Shown one piece after another: positions 10,751 to 21,141 of a stretch of 64,000 nt of DNA (position 1 is the stretch's first letter; every line of letters begins with the position of its first letter). The stretch spans positions 4,748 through 68,747 of the forward strand of contig NZ_JAUYNT010000011.1 of the NCBI RefSeq assembly GCF_030698175.1, written 5' to 3'. This DNA is from Pseudomonas sp. (lineage in GTDB: Bacteria; Pseudomonadota; Gammaproteobacteria; Pseudomonadales; Pseudomonadaceae). The notes beneath the pieces were generated by a model. The model was not told the DNA's origin. It searched no databases and was given only the letters and a program-made list of their open reading frames with translations. A program made the translations under genes and the position numbers.

Positions 10751-11587
10751 TCAGTCCGGATCGGCACCCAGTTGCACCGGCGCAGTACCGGGGAAAAACA
10801 AACGCTGCAACTCGGCGCCCGGATCTTGTGCGCGCATAAACGCCTCGCCGACCAGGAAGGCATGCACCTCGCTGATCTGCATCAGTTCGACATCGGCGCG
10901 ATTGAGGATGCCGCTCTCGGTGATCACCAGGCGATCACGGGGGATTTTCGGCAGTAAATCGAGGGTGACATCCAGGCTGACTTCGAAGTTATGCAAGTTG
11001 CGGTTATTGATGCCAATCAGCGGCGTATCCAGGGTCTGCAGCGCCCGCTCCAGCTCATCGCCATCGTGCACTTCAACCAACACATCGAGGCCGACGTCTT
11101 TGGCCACGCTGGCCAGCTCGGCCATTTGCGTGTCCGCCAAGGCCGAGACAATCAGCAGCACGCAGTCGGCGCCCAGGGCACGGGCCTCGACTATCTGGTA
11201 AGGGTCGATCATAAAGTCTTTGCGAATCACCGGCAGGCTGCAGGCCGCACGGGCTTGCTGCAGGTAGGCGTCGGCACCCTGAAAGAAGTCGATATCGGTC
11301 AGCACCGACAAACAAGCGGCGCCGCCACGCTGGTAACTGGCGGCCAGTTCGGCCGGATTGAAATCCTCGCGCAGCACGCCTTTGCTCGGCGAGGCTTTTT
11401 TAATTTCGGCGATCACCGCCGCTTCCTTACGCTTTACCCGTTCCTGCAAGGCATTGGCAAAACCGCGCGGTGCATCCGCGTCACGGGCCAATTGCTCCAG
11501 CGCAGACATGCTGACCAAGGCGCGACGCGCGGCCACCTCCTCGACTTTGCGGGCGAGGATTTGTTCCAAAATAGTGGGCAGGCTCAC
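10751..11587 (-). CDS. trpC: Indole-3-glycerol phosphate synthase
   Basis: [22 protein letters not shown] and GINNRNL motifs. Confidence 0.97.
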   Translation of the reverse strand: MSLPTILEQILARKVEEVAARRALVSMSALEQLARDADAPRGFANALQERVKRKEAAVIAEIKKASPSKGVLREDFNPAELAASYQRGGAACLSVLTDIDFFQGADAYLQQARAACSLPVIRKDFMIDPYQIVEARALGADCVLLIVSALADTQMAELASVAKDVGLDVLVEVHDGDELERALQTLDTPLIGINNRNLHNFEVSLDVTLDLLPKIPRDRLVITESGILNRADVELMQISEVHAFLVGEAFMRAQDPGAELQRLFFPGTAPVQLGADPD

Positions 11588-12633
11588 GCTTGATTCTCCA
11601 GCCGGAATACCGCAGTAAAGGATGCCAACTCGTCGATTTTCTCCAACGCCAGGCCGGTGTGCAGCGCGTCATGGGCCAGCGCTACGCCAGCGGCCAGGCT
11701 ATCGGCCAGGTCGGCGGCGTAGAGTGCGGCGCCGGCATTCAGCACTATCAGGTCGCCGGCTTTGCGGCCAATGTCGGTTTTGCGCCGCCCCAGGGCATCG
11801 CGAATCAACGCCAGGGAGGCTTGCGGGCCGTCGACTTCCAGCCCCAGCAGGGTTTGACTGCTGAGGCCGAAGTCTTCCGGGCGCACCTCGTACTCGGTGA
11901 TCTCACCGTCTTTCAATTCGGCCACATGGGTGGCGGCGGCCAGGCTGAACTCGTCCAGGCCATCGCGCGAATGCACCACCAACACATGCTTGCTGCCCAG
12001 CCGCTTGAGCACCTCGGCCAGCGGCCGGCACAGGGCCTGGCTGAATACGCCGACCACCTGATGACGCACGCCGGCCGGATTGGTCAGCGGCCCGAGCATA
12101 TTGAAAATGGTCCGCAGGCCCAAATCACGCCGTGGCCCGGCGGCGTATTTCATCGCCTGGTGGTGCACCTGGGCGAACATAAAACCGACCCCGACTGTGT
12201 CGATGCAACGCGCCACCTGCACCGGAGTCAGCTGCAGATAAATCCCGGCGGCCTCGAGCAAGTCGGCGCTGCCGCTATTGCCCGATACCGCCCGGTTGCC
12301 ATGTTTGGCCACCTTGCCGCCGGCCGCCGCCACCACAAAAGCGGCGGCGGTGGAGACGTTAAAGATATTGGCGCCATCGCCGCCGGTGCCGACCACATCG
12401 ACCACGTTATCCAGGCTGGGCAACTCGACCTGGCTGGCCAGCTCGCGCATCACCGAGACGGCACCGACTATCTCGTCGATGCTCTCGCTCTTCATGCGCA
12501 TGCCCATCAGAAAGGCGCCGATCTGCGCCTCGCTGCATTGGCCGGTCATGATTTCGCGCATCACGTCCTGCATCTCTTCGGTGGACAGGTCGAGCTGGGC
12601 GACGATTCGATTGAGGGCTTGTTTGATATTCAT
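11584..12633 (-). CDS. trpD: Anthranilate phosphoribosyltransferase
   Basis: [17 protein letters not shown] and KHGNRAVS motifs. Confidence 0.97.
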   Translation of the reverse strand: MNIKQALNRIVAQLDLSTEEMQDVMREIMTGQCSEAQIGAFLMGMRMKSESIDEIVGAVSVMRELASQVELPSLDNVVDVVGTGGDGANIFNVSTAAAFVVAAAGGKVAKHGNRAVSGNSGSADLLEAAGIYLQLTPVQVARCIDTVGVGFMFAQVHHQAMKYAAGPRRDLGLRTIFNMLGPLTNPAGVRHQVVGVFSQALCRPLAEVLKRLGSKHVLVVHSRDGLDEFSLAAATHVAELKDGEITEYEVRPEDFGLSSQTLLGLEVDGPQASLALIRDALGRRKTDIGRKAGDLIVLNAGAALYAADLADSLAAGVALAHDALHTGLALEKIDELASFTAVFRLENQA

Positions 12634-13226
12634 CCGCGCACACCGCCGCTCTGCTTGAGGAAATTGGCAAACAGCTCATGGCCCTGCTCAGTCAAAATCG
12701 ATTCTGGGTGAAACTGCACGCCTTCGACATTCAGGGTCTTGTGCCGCAGGCCCATGATCTCATCGACCGAGCCGTCTTCCAGTTGGGTCCAGCCGGTCAC
12801 TTCCAGGCAATCGGGCAAGGTCTCGCGCTTGACCACCAAGGAGTGATAGCGGGTGACCGTCAGCGGCTGATTGAGGCCGGCGAACACGCCCAGGCCCGCG
12901 TGGAATACCGGACTGATCTTGCCGTGCATCACCTGGCGGGCGCGTACCACCTCGCCGCCAAAGGCCTGGCCGATGCTCTGATGGCCCAGGCACACGCCGA
13001 GAATCGGCAGCTTGCCGGCAAAGTGGCCGATCACCGCCAGGGATACGCCGGCTTCGGTGGGTGTGCAGGGGCCAGGGGAGACCACGATGCGTTCGGGGTT
13101 GAGTGCTTCGATCTCGGCCAGAGTCAGCTCATCGTTGCGGATGACTTTGACCTCGGCGCCCAATTCGGCCAGGTACTGCACCACGTTGTAGGTAAAGGAG
13201 TCGTAGTTATCGATCATTAGCAGCAT
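12630..13226 (-). CDS. trpG: Anthranilate synthase component II
   Basis: [21 protein letters not shown] and QFHPES motifs; start at 13226 rather than 13370. Confidence 0.96.
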   Translation of the reverse strand: MLLMIDNYDSFTYNVVQYLAELGAEVKVIRNDELTLAEIEALNPERIVVSPGPCTPTEAGVSLAVIGHFAGKLPILGVCLGHQSIGQAFGGEVVRARQVMHGKISPVFHAGLGVFAGLNQPLTVTRYHSLVVKRETLPDCLEVTGWTQLEDGSVDEIMGLRHKTLNVEGVQFHPESILTEQGHELFANFLKQSGGVRG

Positions 13227-13373
13227 GTTAAAAACCAACCTTGTGCGCCTAGTGCGCGTGTAGTTAAAGCCTGCGGCTGACACCTGGCGAAATGGCCCTG
13301 TTTGAGCGGGCCTTTGGCGAGCAGGAACAGCTGTAACTTGTCGCGGGCGACGCCGTGGTCGCTCGCACAAAGA

Positions 13374-13418
13374 TCAAGTCCGCCAACGCCAGCAGGCGTG
13401 GCCTTTGATCAGGCGCAT
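13374..13418 (-). CDS. trpGDC leader peptide MRLIKGHACWRWRT (possibly 22 aa from GTG 13442)
   Basis: Trp-Arg-Trp-Arg codons ending about 150 nt upstream of trpG; matches the trpE leader. Confidence 0.75.
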   Translation of the reverse strand: MRLIKGHACWRWRT

Positions 13419-13470
13419 GAGGAGGGTGCTGCTGGTTTTCACTGGAATTTTCTCGTCTAGCAATCCGCTC

Positions 13471-13500
13471 ACAGTAGCCCAGGCGCGGGCTGCGGCGCAA
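13471..13500 (-). promoter_or_regulatory. Putative sigma70 promoter for the trpGDC leader
   Basis: TTGCGC-N18-TACTGT on the minus strand; near-identical boxes upstream of the trpE leader. Confidence 0.55.
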
Positions 13501-13564
13501 TCTTGATCGCCCCGCAGCCAGGCCAGTGCGGCGCCATTCTCCGCACACCACACGCGGCGGCGAA

Positions 13565-16500
13565 TCACTCGGCATCCTCTTGGTAGTCGCCCTTGAGCAG
13601 GTTCAGCAACGCATCGGCGTCCAGCTTGGCGCTGAGTTCACCGCCATCCAGCAGGCTGTCGGCCAGGGCGCGTTTTTTCGCGTGCAGGGCAACAATCTGC
13701 TCCTCGATGGTGTGTTCGGTCACCAGCCGGTAAATGGTCACCGGACGCAGCTGGCCCATGCGATGGGCACGGTCGCTGGCTTGGTCTTCCACCGCCGGGT
13801 TCCACCAGGGGTCGAGGTGGATCACATAGTCGGCGGCGGTCAGGTTCAGTCCGGTGCCGCCGGCTTTCAGGCTGATCAGGAAAATATCACCAGTACCGGC
13901 CTGAAAGGCATCCATCCGCGTCTTGCGGTCTTTTGGCGAGGTGGCGCCGTCCAGATACTGATAGTGGATGCCCTGCTCATCCAACCACTTACGCACGATG
14001 CTCAGGTGGTCAACGAACTGACTGAACACCAGCGCCTTGTGGCGGTTCTCCAGCAGCTCCGCGACTATTTCGGCGAAGGCCGCCAGCTTGCTACCGGCCA
14101 GCCCGGCGCCGGGCATGACCAGATTGGGGTGACAGCAAAAGCGCCGCAACCGGGTAATTTCCGCCAGCACCTGCAAGGATTTGTTCTGCCCTTGCGGGGC
14201 ATTTACCAACGACTGCAAGGCTTGTTGGCGCAGCGCCTCGTAGTAGTGCGCCTCTTCGGCAGACAGCGGCACCTTGTAGGTAATCTCGGTGCGCGGTGGC
14301 AACTCATCGAGCACCTGGCTCTTCAGCCGGCGCAAAATAAACGGCTGGATCAGCGCCTTCAGGGCCTTGCGGGCCGACTGCTCGCCGCGTTCGATCGGCG
14401 TGCTGAAGCGTTCGGCAAAACGCTCCTGGCTGCCGAGCAAGCCCGGATTGATAAAGCGAAACAGATTCCACAGCTCACCCAGGTGATTCTCCAGCGGCGT
14501 GCCGGTGGCGATCAGCTTGAAGTCCGCCTGCAAGCACATCGCCGCTTGCGAGCGTTTGCTGCTGGCGTTCTTGATCGCCTGGGCCTCATCCAGCACCACG
14601 CTGGTCCAGTGCTGGGCGGCAAAGGCCTGATCGTCTTGCTGCAGCAGGCCGTAGCTGGCCACCACCAAATCCAGCGGGCCAAGCCCTTCCAGGCTGCGGG
14701 TCTGCTGATAGTTATGCACTTTTAAGGTCGGGGCAAAACGCGCGGCCTCGGACAGCCAGTTAATCGCCACCGAGGTCGGCGCGATGACCAGTTGCGGCCC
14801 ACGGGGGGCGCGCAGCAGCATCAAGGCCAAGGCCTGCACGGTTTTGCCCAGGCCCATGTCGTCCGCCAGGCAGGCGCCGACGCCCCACTCGGCCAGGCGC
14901 GCCAGCCAGTCGAAGCCTTCGCGCTGGTAGTCACGCAATTCGGCTTGCAGGGTGCTGGGCAATTGCGGTTGAAAATTCTTCAGCGACTCGAGCTTGTCCA
15001 GATGCGCCTGCCAGCTGGCGTCGGCCTGAAACTCGCCGGCCTCCTGGGCCAAGCCGGCCAGCAAGGGCGCGGTGAGCAGATTCAAACGCAGGCCGTCATC
15101 GCCGACGCGGTCGGCCAGGTGCGCCAGTTCATCCAGGTGTTTGCGCAAGCTGCTGCTGAGCGCCAGCCAGTCTTGCTCGCCCAATTTAAGGAAGCGGCCC
15201 TTGTTGGTTTTCAGCAGCTCGAGCAACTGGCGCAGGTGCAATACCCGGCCATCGTCGAGCTGCACTTCGCCGGCCAGCACAAACCAGTCACCTTGCTGCT
15301 TCAAGCCCAGCTTGAGCTGGCCCATGCCCGGCCGCGCCTTGATGCGCATCCGCTCGCCTTCCGGCCACACGCATTGCAGCCGCTCGCCATCCAGCAGTTG
15401 CAGCTCACTGAGCACCTGTAAGGCATCTTGCGGGTCTTCCAGCTGCCACTCCTGGCCGTCGCTGTCGGCCTGGGCCAGCGCCGGGCAGGCCTGCAGCACC
15501 CACTCTAGGGTGGCGGCTTCGGCGTCCAGATCGCGACTGGCTTGCAGGGCCTTGCCGTCTTGCTCGCCGAGCACATTAGCCAGGCCAACGCCCGGTTTAA
15601 ACCAGCTGCTGTGGGCCAGCGGGCGCACCAGCAACTGCAAGCGCAGGCCGCCCTGCAACGGCAATAAATGCGCATACAGCATGGGGTCGGCCACCACGCA
15701 ATCGAGGTGACTGGCTAATTCGGGCAGGTCGGAATGAATCGGCAACAGCGGCGCTATGGCGCTGATTGCCTCGATCAGCTGCGCCTTGCCGGCCTGGGGC
15801 ACGCTCAGGCCGTGGCCGATGATGTCGATAATCTGCCGCAGCTCGCGACTGATCGGATAGGCCAGCAGCCGTGTCGGGGTTTCTTTATAGAGCAGCAGCG
15901 TGCTGTGATTGTGCAGCTCGCGGGGTTCGAGCTTGATATGGATCTGCTCGGCCTCGGATTTCAGCTGCAAGCTGGCGTGGCCCAGAGCCAGATCAATCCG
16001 CACCTCGGGCGCATCGGCCCAAAACAGCGCCGGATGGCCGATCAGGCGCGGCAAGGCCAGCTCCGCCGGCAGCTCGTAACGCACGCCGCCGTAATGATCG
16101 GCGCTGGACTGAATCATGCGGATGGCTTGCTGATCTTGCTCGAGCAAGAAGTCCAGGCTGTCGCCCTCCTCCAGCAAGCGCTTGAGTGCCACCACCCGGC
16201 CCTTGCTCCACTGGCCCTTGACGCTGAGCTTTTGCTCGCGCGGCTCGACATGGGTGGAATAGCCATTGGCGCTGACCAGCCACGCCAGGCGACTGCTGTT
16301 TGGCGTGGCGCTGGCAGTGGCTGCGCGCTTGCCCGGCTTCAGCAGGGTCAGCGCAGCCAGTGCATGTTGCCAAGCTTCTTGGCGCTGGTAGAGACTGACC
16401 AAAGGCTGTAGGCCCTTGTCGCGGTACCAGGCCGGCGGCTGCCACGCCAGGCCGAACTGCTGGGCCAGCAAGGCCTCCACCTCGACGGCCAACCACTGAT

Positions 16501-17671
16501 AACCGTCGCTCTCCAATTGCCCGGCAAAGGCCTCTAACTGCAGTCGCCAAACGGGACGACGCACCACCTCGGCATCCGCCCAGTACAGCGCTAGCGCCAG
16601 CAGCAGACCATCGAAACCATTGAAGGCGATATGGCCGACAAAGTCCTGGGTCAGCCCTTTGCTGCTGCCGAGCAATTGCTCGACCAGCAGCAGCAAGGCC
16701 GGATAGCCACGACCATAGTGCTCACGAACACCAAGGCTCACCGCTTGTTTAAGGGTCGGGTAAGACTGCGGGTCGGCACTGGCCAGCAGGGCCAAACAGT
16801 AGAAGCCATTGAGCACCGGCGGCAGGTCCAGCTTGCGTTTCTTACTCTGCCGTTTGATCGACGCCGTCCACTCATGCAGCGCCGCCAGGGCCGGCGCGTA
16901 ACTGCCGCCGAGCACCGCCGCGATAAACTGCTGCATGGTGGCCAGGGCACTGTTACCCAGCGCGGCAAACTGCGGCCAGTCGCCCCGCCAGAGTGCTTGC
17001 TGCAACAGTTGCAGGGCCAGATCGGTATGCTCAGGATTACGCGCCAGCAGTACCAGGCCGAGCCGATAGGCCTCATCGGCCGGCTGCAAGTGCTGGTTCA
17101 GTTGCTGTAGATAGTCTTCCAGTAGCAAGCATTGCACCGCCGGGAACAGGCTGGCAAACACTTGTTTACCGGCCTCATCGGCGAGCAATTGCTCGGCGGG
17201 CGATTCAACCTGCCAGTCTTCCAGGCGGTCCAGGCACTGCTGCAAATCAAAGGCCTGCCCCTGCAGCAGCGCCAGCCACAGGCTCTGCAACTGGAACTCT
17301 TTGGTCGGCGCATCCCAGGCGGTGCGCGGCGCGACCAGACTGCCACGCAGAATCTCCAGCCACTGGCTCTTGCTGGCGTCGCTACTGAGTTGCTGCAGCA
17401 CCAGATTGCGTCGCCCTGGCAGCAGGCAAATCGGCTGACCAGTACCGCCGCTATGGCTAAGCCACTCGAGGCGCTGCAAAGGCTCGAGAATCTCGCTCAA
17501 GGCGGCGGCGTCAAAGGCGCGGGTGGCCGAAACGCGGGCGCCCATGTCGCGCAGCTGGCGGACCAAGGCGGTTTTGCTCTGCCCTGGGAAAGACAGCGCC
17601 AGCACATACAGCAGCGCTTTGTAGTTCTCCGGCAACACCGCCAAGGCAGAAGGAGTTATGGCAGCAGGCAT
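13565..17671 (-). CDS. Large SNF2/SWI2-family ATPase (1368 aa)
   Basis: LADDMGLGKT, LDEAQAIKN, ATGTPLENH, SLKAGGTGLNL and DPWWNPAVEDQASDRAHRMGQ motifs in the C-terminal ~470 aa. Confidence 0.93.
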   Translation of the reverse strand: MPAAITPSALAVLPENYKALLYVLALSFPGQSKTALVRQLRDMGARVSATRAFDAAALSEILEPLQRLEWLSHSGGTGQPICLLPGRRNLVLQQLSSDASKSQWLEILRGSLVAPRTAWDAPTKEFQLQSLWLALLQGQAFDLQQCLDRLEDWQVESPAEQLLADEAGKQVFASLFPAVQCLLLEDYLQQLNQHLQPADEAYRLGLVLLARNPEHTDLALQLLQQALWRGDWPQFAALGNSALATMQQFIAAVLGGSYAPALAALHEWTASIKRQSKKRKLDLPPVLNGFYCLALLASADPQSYPTLKQAVSLGVREHYGRGYPALLLLVEQLLGSSKGLTQDFVGHIAFNGFDGLLLALALYWADAEVVRRPVWRLQLEAFAGQLESDGYQWLAVEVEALLAQQFGLAWQPPAWYRDKGLQPLVSLYQRQEAWQHALAALTLLKPGKRAATASATPNSSRLAWLVSANGYSTHVEPREQKLSVKGQWSKGRVVALKRLLEEGDSLDFLLEQDQQAIRMIQSSADHYGGVRYELPAELALPRLIGHPALFWADAPEVRIDLALGHASLQLKSEAEQIHIKLEPRELHNHSTLLLYKETPTRLLAYPISRELRQIIDIIGHGLSVPQAGKAQLIEAISAIAPLLPIHSDLPELASHLDCVVADPMLYAHLLPLQGGLRLQLLVRPLAHSSWFKPGVGLANVLGEQDGKALQASRDLDAEAATLEWVLQACPALAQADSDGQEWQLEDPQDALQVLSELQLLDGERLQCVWPEGERMRIKARPGMGQLKLGLKQQGDWFVLAGEVQLDDGRVLHLRQLLELLKTNKGRFLKLGEQDWLALSSSLRKHLDELAHLADRVGDDGLRLNLLTAPLLAGLAQEAGEFQADASWQAHLDKLESLKNFQPQLPSTLQAELRDYQREGFDWLARLAEWGVGACLADDMGLGKTVQALALMLLRAPRGPQLVIAPTSVAINWLSEAARFAPTLKVHNYQQTRSLEGLGPLDLVVASYGLLQQDDQAFAAQHWTSVVLDEAQAIKNASSKRSQAAMCLQADFKLIATGTPLENHLGELWNLFRFINPGLLGSQERFAERFSTPIERGEQSARKALKALIQPFILRRLKSQVLDELPPRTEITYKVPLSAEEAHYYEALRQQALQSLVNAPQGQNKSLQVLAEITRLRRFCCHPNLVMPGAGLAGSKLAAFAEIVAELLENRHKALVFSQFVDHLSIVRKWLDEQGIHYQYLDGATSPKDRKTRMDAFQAGTGDIFLISLKAGGTGLNLTAADYVIHLDPWWNPAVEDQASDRAHRMGQLRPVTIYRLVTEHTIEEQIVALHAKKRALADSLLDGGELSAKLDADALLNLLKGDYQEDAE

Positions 17672-17791
17672 ACAGAGGTTCCAACAACAGAGACAGCGAA
17701 AATTAAAGCGCTAAACCCATGCCCGCGAGCATCGGTCTGAGCAAATACCTAAGCGGGTTGGCGCCACACCGGCGCGAACCCGTTGGGGTGA

Positions 17792-19282
17792 CTAGCCACG
17801 GTTCTTGTGGGTTTGCTCGGCCAAGGCGACCGCGCGAAACATCGCCCGACGCTTGTTCAGGGTTTCTTCCCACTCCAGCGCCGGCACCGAGTCGGCGACT
17901 ATGCCGCCACCGGCCTGCACGTGCAGCTCACCGTTTTTGATCACTGCGGTGCGAATCGCGATGGCGGTGTCCATATTGCCGTTCCAGGCCAGGTAACCGA
18001 CCGCGCCGCCGTAGATGCCGCGCTTGACCGGCTCCAGCTCGTCGATGATTTGCATGGCGCGAATCTTCGGCGCGCCCGACAAGGTGCCGGCCGGCAAAAT
18101 GGCGCGTAACGCATCCATGGCGTTGAGGCCTTTCTTCAGCTGGCCGTTGACGTTGGAGACGATGTGCATGACGTTGGAATAGCGCTCTATCACCATTTTT
18201 TCGGTGACTTTCACCGAGCCGGTCTCCGACACCCGGCCGGCATCGTTGCGACCCAGGTCGATCAGCATCAGGTGCTCGGCGATCTCCTTGGCATCCGAGA
18301 GCAGGTCTTGCTCCAGCGCCAGATCGGCCTCCTCGGTGGCGCCGCGCGGGCGGGTGCCGGCAATCGGCCGTACCGTCACCAGACCATCTTCGACCCGCAC
18401 CAGCACCTCGGGGGAGGAGCCGACCACATGGAAGTCGCCGAAGTTGAAAAAATACATATAGGGCGTTGGATTAAAGCAACGCAGCGCCCGGTACAGATCG
18501 ATAGGCGCTGCGGCAAAGTCGATGCTCATGCGCTGCGATGGCACCACCTGCATGCAGTCGCCGGCTAGGATGTACTCCTTCACGGTATCGACCGCACGCT
18601 CGTAATCTTCGCGGCTAAAGCTGGAGCGAAACAGCGGCTCCGGGGCATCGGTCAAGGCCGACAAATCCAGACCCTGGCGCGGGGTGATTGGCTGGCGCAG
18701 TTGTTCCAGCAACTCATTCAGACGTGCCTGGGCCGACTCATAGGCATCTGCCTCGCGGGGGTCGGCCAGGACGATGGCGTGCAGCTTGCCGGCGAGGTTG
18801 TCGAACACCACCACGGCGTCCGAGACCATCAACAGAATGTCCGGATTACCCAGCGGGTCGGGATTGGGGCACTTGGCCAATTTCTTCTCGACGTAACGCA
18901 CGCAGTCGTAGCCGAAGTAGCCGACCAGGCCGCCATTGAAGCGCGGTAAACCGGCAACCGGCGCCACCTGATAACGCTCTTTGAAGGCTTCGACAAAGGC
19001 CAGCGGGTCTTCACATTCATGGGACTCCACCACCACATCATCAATGCTGACCGTCACGCTGTGCTCGTAGGCGCGCAGCACGGTGCGGCACGGCAGGCCG
19101 ATGATCGAATAACGGCCCCATTTCTCGCCGCCCTGTACCGACTCCAATAAGTAGGTGTAGGGCGCGTCGGCCAGCTTTAAATACAGCGACAGCGGAGTAT
19201 CGAAATCGGCCAGGGTTTCCAAGGCCACAGGTATGCGGTTATAGCCGCCAGCGGCTAACTGCAGGAATTCTTCGCGGGTCAT
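17792..19282 (-). CDS. trpE: Anthranilate synthase component I
   Basis: [28 protein letters not shown] and [12 protein letters not shown] motifs. Confidence 0.97.
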   Translation of the reverse strand: MTREEFLQLAAGGYNRIPVALETLADFDTPLSLYLKLADAPYTYLLESVQGGEKWGRYSIIGLPCRTVLRAYEHSVTVSIDDVVVESHECEDPLAFVEAFKERYQVAPVAGLPRFNGGLVGYFGYDCVRYVEKKLAKCPNPDPLGNPDILLMVSDAVVVFDNLAGKLHAIVLADPREADAYESAQARLNELLEQLRQPITPRQGLDLSALTDAPEPLFRSSFSREDYERAVDTVKEYILAGDCMQVVPSQRMSIDFAAAPIDLYRALRCFNPTPYMYFFNFGDFHVVGSSPEVLVRVEDGLVTVRPIAGTRPRGATEEADLALEQDLLSDAKEIAEHLMLIDLGRNDAGRVSETGSVKVTEKMVIERYSNVMHIVSNVNGQLKKGLNAMDALRAILPAGTLSGAPKIRAMQIIDELEPVKRGIYGGAVGYLAWNGNMDTAIAIRTAVIKNGELHVQAGGGIVADSVPALEWEETLNKRRAMFRAVALAEQTHKNRG

Positions 19283-19305
19283 AATTCAGCCTCGTGGCTT
19301 GAGGT

Positions 19306-19449
19306 AAAAACCTATCTAATATCTGCTGCGCTTGGTTATGCGGCGTTGAAACCAGGCTCGGACTGCTCATTTACAACTCGTAAACTCCGCGTCCTCGCCT
19401 GATTTCGCCTTGCCTAACCTGCGCTCGCAACGATATTAAATTAGGTTTT
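19306..19449. mobile_element. ERIC-like MITE (~144 bp) between the trpE leader and trpE
   Basis: Imperfect terminal inverted repeats AAAACCTATCTAATATC / AAAACCTAATTTAATATC; nested internal palindrome CAGGC..GGAC..TTTAC-AACTC-GTAAA..GTCC..GCCTG. Confidence 0.65.
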
Positions 19450-19480
19450 GAGCAAATGAGTAAACGTGGTCAGACTTAAA

Positions 19481-19525
19481 TCAGGCGCGCCAACGCCAGC
19501 GGGCCAAAGCCTTGAGGATGTGCAT
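19481..19525 (-). CDS. trpE leader peptide [14 protein letters not shown], in frame with the gph tail
   Basis: ATG 19525 to TGA 19481; WRWR motif shared with the trpG leader. Confidence 0.75.
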   Translation of the reverse strand: MHILKALARWRWRA

Positions 19526-20356
19526 CCCAGACTTGACTAACCCTGATTTTATAAAGCCCTGTTTACTGGTAACCACCACGATCTGATCTCTTCGGCGGGG
19601 GGATGGACTAACGCCCGGCAACGGTAGCGCAGCGGCTGAGGCGGCGCAACCCGAGGCATCCGCCGGCAGCAGGTGACGTAAGTCGTCGAGCACCAGCGCT
19701 GGCGACTCCTCGCAAATCGGCCGGCCGTGGTTATAGCCATAGCTCATGGCCACGCAGAGTATTCCGGCGGCCTTGGCGGCTTGCACATCGCTGCATGAGT
19801 CGCCGACAAACAGCGCTTCGCTGGCCGGTACTTCGGCCAGTTGCAGCACTTGCAGCAGGGCCGCCGGATCGGGTTTCTGCTGCGGCAAGGTATCGCCGCC
19901 AATGATCCAGCGAAAGTAGCGGCCGATGCGCAACTGATCCAGCAAGGGGGCGACAAAGCGCTCCGGCTTGTTGGTGATCAGCGCCATCTCGACGCCTTGC
20001 TGCTTGAGCCACTTGAGGGTTTCGCGTACGCCGGGGTAGAGCACCGTCAGGCTGTGGTTATCGGCATACAGCTGTAAAAACAGTTCCAGCGCAGGCTCGG
20101 CATCCGCCTCGCTGACCGCCGCATGCTGCAGGTCACCGGCCAGGGCGCGGCGCACCAAGACCCGCGCGCCGTTGCCGACCCAGTTGCGCACCCGCTCGCT
20201 ACCAGCAGCCGGCAAGCCACGCGCCAGCAGCATTTGGTCAACAGCGGCGGCCAGGTCCGGCACCGAGTCGATCAGTGTGCCATCCAGATCAAACATCACC
20301 AGGCTGGGTAAACGTCCGGGCAACAGCTGGGCAAAACCGCCCTGCATGCTACTCAT
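19481..20356 (-). CDS. gph: Phosphoglycolate phosphatase (HAD) with a C-terminal extension
   Basis: [24 protein letters not shown] and FVGDS motifs. Confidence 0.93.
   Translation of the reverse strand: MSSMQGGFAQLLPGRLPSLVMFDLDGTLIDSVPDLAAAVDQMLLARGLPAAGSERVRNWVGNGARVLVRRALAGDLQHAAVSEADAEPALELFLQLYADNHSLTVLYPGVRETLKWLKQQGVEMALITNKPERFVAPLLDQLRIGRYFRWIIGGDTLPQQKPDPAALLQVLQLAEVPASEALFVGDSCSDVQAAKAAGILCVAMSYGYNHGRPICEESPALVLDDLRHLLPADASGCAASAAALPLPGVSPSPRRRDQIVVVTSKQGFIKSGLVKSGMHILKALARWRWRA
19621..19649 (-). promoter_or_regulatory. Putative sigma70 promoter for the trpE leader, inside the gph tail
   Basis: TTGCGC-N17-TACCGT on the minus strand. Confidence 0.55.
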
Positions 20357-21027
20357 CCGCGGGCGAGCGCTAGTTCGCTGCGCATCTGCGCAATCACCGC
20401 GTGGTAGTCCGGGCTATTGAAGATCGCCGAACCGGCGACAAAGGTGTCGGCGCCGGCGGCGGCGATTTCGCGAATATTCTGCACCGTCACCCCGCCATCC
20501 ACTTCCAGGCGAATCTCGCGCCCCGAGGCCTCGATCAAGGCGCGGGCTTCACGCAATTTATCCAAGGTACCGGGGATAAATTTCTGTCCGCCAAAGCCTG
20601 GGTTAACGCTCATTAACAAGATCATGTCGACCTTGTCCATCACGTACTTGAGGCTCGAAAGCGAGGTGGCCGGATTGAACACCAAGCCGGCCTTGCAGCC
20701 GCCATCGCGGATCAGTTGCAAGGAGCGGTCGATATGCCCGGACGCTTCTGGGTGGAAGGTGATGTACGTGGCGCCGGCTTCGATAAAGTCGCCGATGATG
20801 CGATCGACCGGCGAGACCATCAGGTGCACGTCGATAGGTGCGGTGATGCCGTATTTGCGCAGCGCCGTGCAGACCATCGGGCCGATGGTCAGGTTGGGCA
20901 CGTAGTGGTTATCCATCACATCGAAGTGCACGATGTCGGCGCCAGCCGCCAGCACGTTGTCGACTTCGGCGCCGAGGCGGGCGAAGTCTGCGGAAAGAAT
21001 CGACGGAGCAATGGCGAACGGCTGCAT
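20353..21027 (-). CDS. rpe: Ribulose-phosphate 3-epimerase
   Basis: [22 protein letters not shown] and [13 protein letters not shown] motifs. Confidence 0.97.
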   Translation of the reverse strand: MQPFAIAPSILSADFARLGAEVDNVLAAGADIVHFDVMDNHYVPNLTIGPMVCTALRKYGITAPIDVHLMVSPVDRIIGDFIEAGATYITFHPEASGHIDRSLQLIRDGGCKAGLVFNPATSLSSLKYVMDKVDMILLMSVNPGFGGQKFIPGTLDKLREARALIEASGREIRLEVDGGVTVQNIREIAAAGADTFVAGSAIFNSPDYHAVIAQMRSELALARG

Positions 21028-21141
21028 GGCGCACCTAGATGACAAAATCACGATGGTGCGCATTGTAGCCTGAGTCACCCGCCCGCGCGGTTGTCTTGTG
21101 TCAGTGCCGGGTAGACCCGTGTGATCTACCCGCCGGCAAAC

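Noticed and set aside
13526-14725. Long antisense ORFs (this one, 11590-12711, 24694-25605, 25648-27273, 54600-55574, 56932-57894 and similar)
   Set aside because: They lie opposite well-supported genes; expected in high-GC3 DNA and carry no protein motifs
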